Shown here one piece after another: positions 58,939 through 64,000 of a stretch of DNA of 64,000 nucleotides; within the stretch, counting starts at the first letter, position 1, and every line of letters starts with the position of its first letter. The stretch is from contig OY761611.1 in the NCBI GenBank assembly GCA_963664875.1, positions 32,001 to 96,000 on the forward strand, given 5' to 3'. The translations under genes and the position numbers were made by a program. Source of the stretch: Candidatus Kapaibacterium sp. Its GTDB lineage: Bacteria; Bacteroidota; Ignavibacteria; Kapaibacteriales; UBA2268. The notes beneath the pieces were generated by a model. The model saw nothing but the letters and a program-made list of their open reading frames with translations. It was not told where the DNA came from and searched no databases.

Positions 58939-59787
58939 TTATACCTTCAGTAATAGTGCGACTGATTCTTGATATTGTTTATATATTTCGTCGATATTCT
59001 TTGTAAAATAGTTGTCCGGTAATTTTAAGAATTCCCAGACCTCTTTATTGGGTTTTGGTATTATTTCTTCGTTATTATCGCCAAATTCCAGTAGGGTAGA
59101 GGCAATATTTGCTACATGCACACATGAAACGAGCAAGCTCAGTTTGCCTGAAACTTTACCTGTATAAAGGTTGCTGATAACATCACGAATGTTAATTGGC
59201 AGTTTCCACTTTTCAGCGAGCAAATCCCCAACAACCGTATGTGTAATACCCAAAAATTTCAACTCAGCTTCTCTGAGAGATACTTTATTAGCAAGCGAGT
59301 AGTTATATGCTTTGGCATATTCATTTGGGACATACTTGTAAAAAAGTAACTTTCCAATATCATGCAGAATGCCTGCAATAAAGTAATTTTCTAAATTTCT
59401 GACACCAATTGTCATGCCGGCGTGTCTTGTTATTGTGCCCACTGCGATTGAATGTTTCCAAAGGTTAACAGGATTGAAAGAGGCAGGAGCATTTAATTTG
59501 GAAAACATCTCGATAATAGAGAGAGCAAGAACTAAGTTTTTTACTTCTTCAAAACCAATAAAAGTGATGGCTTGAGTAATCGTAGTAATTCTGCCTCTGA
59601 AGCCGTAAATCGAAGAATTTGCAGCTTTCAGTATTTTAGAAGCAGATGCCTGATCCTGGCTGATTATATTGGCTACATCAGTAGGAGTCGAGCGGTGATT
59701 AGACATCACATCCGATAGTTTTGTATATACTGTCGGTAAAGTAGGGAATTCGTCAATTCTGTCTATTATGTTTTGTATGTTTTTCAA
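58939..59787 (-). CDS. HDOD-domain protein
   Basis: FPTLP, ILKAANSSIYG, LWKHS, GILHDIGK, WKLP. Confidence 0.92.
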   Translation of the reverse strand: MKNIQNIIDRIDEFPTLPTVYTKLSDVMSNHRSTPTDVANIISQDQASASKILKAANSSIYGFRGRITTITQAITFIGFEEVKNLVLALSIIEMFSKLNAPASFNPVNLWKHSIAVGTITRHAGMTIGVRNLENYFIAGILHDIGKLLFYKYVPNEYAKAYNYSLANKVSLREAELKFLGITHTVVGDLLAEKWKLPINIRDVISNLYTGKVSGKLSLLVSCVHVANIASTLLEFGDNNEEIIPKPNKEVWEFLKLPDNYFTKNIDEIYKQYQESVALLLKV

Positions 59788-60128
59788 TTATCTTGCTTTT
59801 CTGAGTTATTGGAAATAATACTTTTAGCTTTGAGCACGATTGCAATATTGAATAAATCTTTCTCAATTTTTTGCTCCGGTTCCCAAATCATTCTTTCTCT
59901 AAGCAGTGCATTGGCTTTTTCTTTTAACTCATCACTCAATTCAAACGTAGATGATTCTTCATCAGATTGGATATAGATATTGCTTACATTCCAAGTCTTC
60001 AAAATAATCTTGTGTTTTGGATTAAGTTTAATTCCCTGAGGAAGTAAAGTTTGCCCAAAATTGTTTATCACAGGTTCGGCTAATACCATACCTTCGATAA
60101 TATCATCTATGGAGACTAATGAAGCCAT
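59784..60128 (-). CDS. Small HDOD-associated hypothetical protein
   Basis: IEGMVLAEPV...GQTLLPQG..L, similar to the N-terminal domain of HD-GYP proteins. Confidence 0.7.
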   Translation of the reverse strand: MASLVSIDDIIEGMVLAEPVINNFGQTLLPQGIKLNPKHKIILKTWNVSNIYIQSDEESSTFELSDELKEKANALLRERMIWEPEQKIEKDLFNIAIVLKAKSIISNNSEKQDN

Positions 60129-60137
60129 TTATTTATA

Positions 60138-60908
60138 TTATATCCCATTTTTTAATTCAGAAAGAAAGACTTTATCGGTAAAATCCATTTTGATTGGGGT
60201 AACCGATACATAATTATTGAAAAGAGCATAGTCATCTGTGTCTGTATTTTGCAGGTTTTCTTCGTACCTGCCACTAAACCAATAGTACTCTCTTCCAAAA
60301 GGATCTTTTCTTTTTTCGTAGCTATCCTGCCAAATTGCAGGACTTTGTTCAGTATATCTTATACCTTTGATTTTATCTTTTTCGACCGCAGGTACGTTTA
60401 CGTTAAACAGCGTACCTTTAGGTATATTAAGTTTAAGCATTTTTTGTGCCAATTCTAAAGCGTACTCTGCAGCGGTTTCACAGTCATAATCTACGTCATG
60501 AGAGCCTACCGATATTGCCATAGATGGAATTTCTGCAAGCATTCCTTCTACTGCTCCACCTACAGTGCCGGAGTATAAAACATTTATTGCATTATTTTGT
60601 CCGTGGTTGATACCTGAAACTACTAAGTCCGGTTTTCTCTCACAAATTGCATTTATACCGAGCTTAGCGCAATCGGCAGGAGTGCCGGTTACTGCATAGC
60701 CTACTATGGCATCACTAACCCGATATTTTTTCACTCTTAGCGGGTTTTGAATAGTAACAGCGTTGCTTACTGCACTCATCTGTCTATCCGGTGCTACAAC
60801 TATCACTTCACCCATTTTACTTAGGCTTTCTGCCAACTGTCTGATACCTTTTGAATCAATGCCGTCGTCGTTTGTTATTAGAATTAATGGTCTGTTATCC
60901 TGTGGCAT
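60138..60908 (-). CDS. surE: 5'/3'-nucleotidase SurE
   Basis: ILITNDDG, GTPADC, SGINHG, YSGTVG. Confidence 0.96.
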   Translation of the reverse strand: MPQDNRPLILITNDDGIDSKGIRQLAESLSKMGEVIVVAPDRQMSAVSNAVTIQNPLRVKKYRVSDAIVGYAVTGTPADCAKLGINAICERKPDLVVSGINHGQNNAINVLYSGTVGGAVEGMLAEIPSMAISVGSHDVDYDCETAAEYALELAQKMLKLNIPKGTLFNVNVPAVEKDKIKGIRYTEQSPAIWQDSYEKRKDPFGREYYWFSGRYEENLQNTDTDDYALFNNYVSVTPIKMDFTDKVFLSELKNGI

Positions 60909-60909
60909 T

Positions 60910-62316
60910 TTATATTGTCCTCACTACATCATAATAAATAACTACTGCCATAAATATCAACAGAGCAACCATGCCGACCTGCTGAATTGCCATCTTTACT
61001 TTTATAGGTACTTCTCTTCTAATGATTGCTTCAATTATTATAAATACCAGATGTCCACCGTCCAAGGCTGGGAAAGGAAGTATATTTATAACAGCAAGAG
61101 TGGTAGAAAGCATAGCCATAAAAAGCAAGAAACTTGATATGCCTTGCTCTGCTTGCTTGCCTGCCTGTTTTGCTATCATAATTGGGCCGCCTACTGACTG
61201 CTTCAAAGATATATTACCTTCAAAAATTTGCCCAATCGAAGAGAAAAACAAATCAATATAATCTACTGTTTTGGTATATCCGTATGAGATTGATTCGAAT
61301 AAGCCATATTTATGTATTGAAAACTCACCGGTGTATATAACACCAATAGGGATTCCGATTTTGCCATTCTCGTTTGGAGTTACATTCAGAGTTGCTAAGC
61401 CTCCTGCTCTGAGAACAGCTATTTCCACAGGAACACTTTTGTATTTCTGCAATTCATCAACAAATTGATTTGTATTGAAAATCTCTGTGCCACCTACTGT
61501 CATCACAGTATCGTTGTTTTTTAATCCTGCTTTCAAAGCGGAACCGTCAGAGCTTGGTTCTCCAAATACTACACGCATACCGTAAGGGGCGATGCCAAGT
61601 TCTTTTTCGTTCGCCATCTGTTGTAAAATTGCTGCTCCATCAGCAGTTAGCATTGAAGGCTCACCGTTTCTGATAAGCTTGATATTTCTTTCTTTTCCTA
61701 AATCATCAGTAGTGAGTCCAAGTACCAATTCCTGCCATGTCGAAACAGGTTTCGAATTGATTTCGAGTATTTGGTCACCTGTTTGCAAGCCTGCTTTGTC
61801 TGCTATTGAGTTTTCTGTTACATGACCTATTCTATTAGTCTTATACTCTGCCTCTCCTTTGAAAAAAGCAATGCCACCAACGATAAGCACTGACAGAAGG
61901 AAATTCATGATAACTCCGGCAGAAATCACAATAGATTTTTGGAATACATTTTTAGATCTAAATTCGTATTCTTTTGGCTCTTGTCCTGCAAATTCTGTAT
62001 CGAAAGATTCGTCAACCATCCCTGAAATTTTTACATATCCACCAATAGGGAAGAGTGCTAATCTATAATCTGTATGACCATTAAGTTCAATAGCATCGGG
62101 ATCATCTATGTGTTCTGTATCTGTCTTGATTTTGATATTTCCGAAAGTAAAACCGTTGATTTTGTTCCAGCCAAAGACTCTTTGCCCCATACCAACGGAA
62201 AATACATCGGCACGCATACCGCTGAGTCTTGCTGCAATAAAATGACCAAATTCGTGTACTACTACCAGTACACCTATTACTATAACAAAATAAAAGAGTG
62301 TGGATAGAAATTCCAT
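60910..62316 (-). CDS. rseP: RIP metalloprotease RseP
   Basis: HEFGH, two PDZ domains, NILPFPALDGG. Confidence 0.95.
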   Translation of the reverse strand: MEFLSTLFYFVIVIGVLVVVHEFGHFIAARLSGMRADVFSVGMGQRVFGWNKINGFTFGNIKIKTDTEHIDDPDAIELNGHTDYRLALFPIGGYVKISGMVDESFDTEFAGQEPKEYEFRSKNVFQKSIVISAGVIMNFLLSVLIVGGIAFFKGEAEYKTNRIGHVTENSIADKAGLQTGDQILEINSKPVSTWQELVLGLTTDDLGKERNIKLIRNGEPSMLTADGAAILQQMANEKELGIAPYGMRVVFGEPSSDGSALKAGLKNNDTVMTVGGTEIFNTNQFVDELQKYKSVPVEIAVLRAGGLATLNVTPNENGKIGIPIGVIYTGEFSIHKYGLFESISYGYTKTVDYIDLFFSSIGQIFEGNISLKQSVGGPIMIAKQAGKQAEQGISSFLLFMAMLSTTLAVINILPFPALDGGHLVFIIIEAIIRREVPIKVKMAIQQVGMVALLIFMAVVIYYDVVRTI

Positions 62317-62334
62317 GTTTTTAATCCGTTTATT

Positions 62335-63480
62335 TTATACTAATTTTTTTACAAATTCTCTTGTTTTAGCATCAGTTTCTACGACTAATTCGATTTCACC
62401 ATTGAATCTGCTGTCGATAGAGTCCAAAGCTTTATCAATTAAATGAGGGATTTTCTCAAAAGTTATTTTATTGCTTAGAAAAGCAGCAACAGCTATTTCA
62501 TTGGCAGCATTCACAACAGTAGGAGCATGCCCGCCTTCCTTTAAAGATTCGAATGCAATTTCGAGGCATCTGAATTTTTCATAATCAGGCTTTGTGAAAT
62601 TAAGAGTTGCTATTTTGCTTAGGTCTAATCTCGGGAAATCAGAATGTAGCCTTTCAGGGTAATAAAGGGCATGAGATATAGGGATGCGCATATCCGGCAA
62701 GCCAAGTTGAGCTTTGAGTGAACCGTCTTTAAATTGAACAAGCGAATGTACTATTGACTCAGGATGCACAAGCACATCAATCATTTCCAAATCTATATCG
62801 AACAACCAGTAAGCTTCTATTACTTCAAATCCCTTATTCATCATTGTAGCTGAATCAATAGTGATTTTACTGCCCATAGCCCAATTTGGATGATTAAGGG
62901 CATCGGCAACGCTCAGCTGAGAAAAATGCTCTTTTGGTGTGTTCCTGAATGGGCCGCCCGAAGCAGTTAGAATAATCTTTTCGATATGTTCGGGATTTTC
63001 TCCGACAAGGCATTGAAGAATAGCGTTATGTTCGCTATCAATAGCCATGAGCTTAGCACCGCTTTCTTTAGCGGCTTTTGTAAGTATAGAACCTGCACTT
63101 ACAAGGGTTTCTTTGTTGGCAAGTGCTATAGTTTTGCCTCGCTTGGCAGCTTCTAAAGTCGGTAAAACTCCTGCAAAACCTACTAATGAAGAAAGTAAGA
63201 CATCATAATCGTCTTCGCGTGCGACCTTGTCTAAGGCATCTGCACCAACGAGGATATCTCCCTTAAAGTCAGAAATAGTTTTAAATTTGGCAGCTGCATC
63301 TTCATCTGTGATTATAACCCCTTTGGGATTAAATTCCTCACATTGTTTTTTTAAAGTATCTATGCTTTTATTTATGCTGAGATAGTTTATTTCGAATTTA
63401 TTCCAGGACTGACGAATAACGTCTAAAGCCTGAGTCCCTATAGAGCCTGTGGCTCCGAGGATTGATATTTTAGTGCTCAT
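62335..63480 (-). CDS. dxr: 1-deoxy-D-xylulose-5-phosphate reductoisomerase
   Basis: LGATGSIG, LANKE, DSEH, HPNWAMG.KITIDSATMMNKG. Confidence 0.97.
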   Translation of the reverse strand: MSTKISILGATGSIGTQALDVIRQSWNKFEINYLSINKSIDTLKKQCEEFNPKGVIITDEDAAAKFKTISDFKGDILVGADALDKVAREDDYDVLLSSLVGFAGVLPTLEAAKRGKTIALANKETLVSAGSILTKAAKESGAKLMAIDSEHNAILQCLVGENPEHIEKIILTASGGPFRNTPKEHFSQLSVADALNHPNWAMGSKITIDSATMMNKGFEVIEAYWLFDIDLEMIDVLVHPESIVHSLVQFKDGSLKAQLGLPDMRIPISHALYYPERLHSDFPRLDLSKIATLNFTKPDYEKFRCLEIAFESLKEGGHAPTVVNAANEIAVAAFLSNKITFEKIPHLIDKALDSIDSRFNGEIELVVETDAKTREFVKKLV

Positions 63481-63485
63481 AATAC

Positions 63486-64000
63486 TTAAAAGTCATTGGT
63501 AATATCTTTTTGTTGTCTTTCAGAAAAGAATCTGAATTTGTCTATAGCAGTTTGTTCGTTTTGAACTACTTTTATTTTGACGAAATACTTCAACATAAGT
63601 TTATGCAAAGGCGAAATAGTTCCTTCAGTCAGATACTGTGCAATACTTGGATTTACAGTCAGTAGAATCCTAAACTCACGAGAAGATTTTCTGAAATTTC
63701 TAAGCCATCTTTCGATGCTGTTGATAAGTACTGCTTTTGATGTAATTCTACCTGTACCACTGCAAGTAGGGCAGGTTTCAGTAATCTTTTCGGCAATATT
63801 CTGATTGATTCTTTGCCTTGTAATCTGCAGCAAACCGAGCTGAGTCAAAGGATATACAACTGTTTTGGCTCTGTCTTTTGCTAATTCGCGCTTCATTTCC
63901 ACATATAGCTTTCTTCTGTTTTGCTCTTGAGCCATGTCAATGAAGTCTATAATAATCATGCCTGCCATGTCTCTCAATCGGATTTGGCGAGCCATTTCGC
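63486..64000 (-). CDS. Rne/Rng family ribonuclease, C-terminal part (truncated by window edge)
   Basis: RQIRLRDMAGMIIIDFIDM, ITRQR, CPTCSGTG. Confidence 0.92.
   Translation of the reverse strand, partial: EMARQIRLRDMAGMIIIDFIDMAQEQNRRKLYVEMKRELAKDRAKTVVYPLTQLGLLQITRQRINQNIAEKITETCPTCSGTGRITSKAVLINSIERWLRNFRKSSREFRILLTVNPSIAQYLTEGTISPLHKLMLKYFVKIKVVQNEQTAIDKFRFFSERQQKDITNDF

Noticed and set aside
7952-63804. Numerous 60-165-aa antisense or alternate-frame ORFs in the ORF track
   Set aside because: They are shadows of well-supported genes on the opposite strand or frame, with no motifs
1-64000. tRNA, rRNA, transposase, integrase, prophage or cas genes
   Set aside because: No recognisable signatures by eye; tRNAscan-SE and Rfam searches would be needed to exclude small RNAs

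Overview
AT-rich bacterial chromosomal window, probably from an FCB-group organism (Ignavibacteria/Kapabacteria-like). This is inferred from TAnnTTTG-type promoters, a T9SS-like sorting tail, an SprE-like TPR lipoprotein and a chemotaxis cluster. 1-7.2 kb is a more AT-rich accessory stretch: a WYL transcription factor diverges from two paralogous DUF6745-like genes built from three copies of one module, with GACA-N5-TGTC operator-like sites, a cassette-like orphan gene and a gene remnant. Housekeeping genes follow (purB, speA, pepE, nuoLMN, clpS, rluB, surE, rseP, dxr, partial rne/rng), plus a chemotaxis/sigma54 block (cheB, cheA, cheZ-like with four tail repeats, two cheY-type regulators, cheR, HEAT protein, NtrC-type regulator, PAS kinase). 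The best candidate for an undescribed system is 44.1-56.0 kb. It is an inositol-lipid cluster (NTP-transferase, DUF2141, ATP-grasp protein with ITPK1-like motifs, CDP-alcohol transferase, flippase, HAD, ino1) continuing into a TolC-MlaC-MMPL-TetR module, with operator-like boxes over its promoter. Other leads are an orphan perfect sigma28 promoter that could drive an sRNA (40.4-40.6 kb) and a sigma54-preceded Cys-rich exported peptide. No rRNA, tRNA, CRISPR array, transposase or integrase was recognised. All family calls come from reading motifs by eye, not from database searches.
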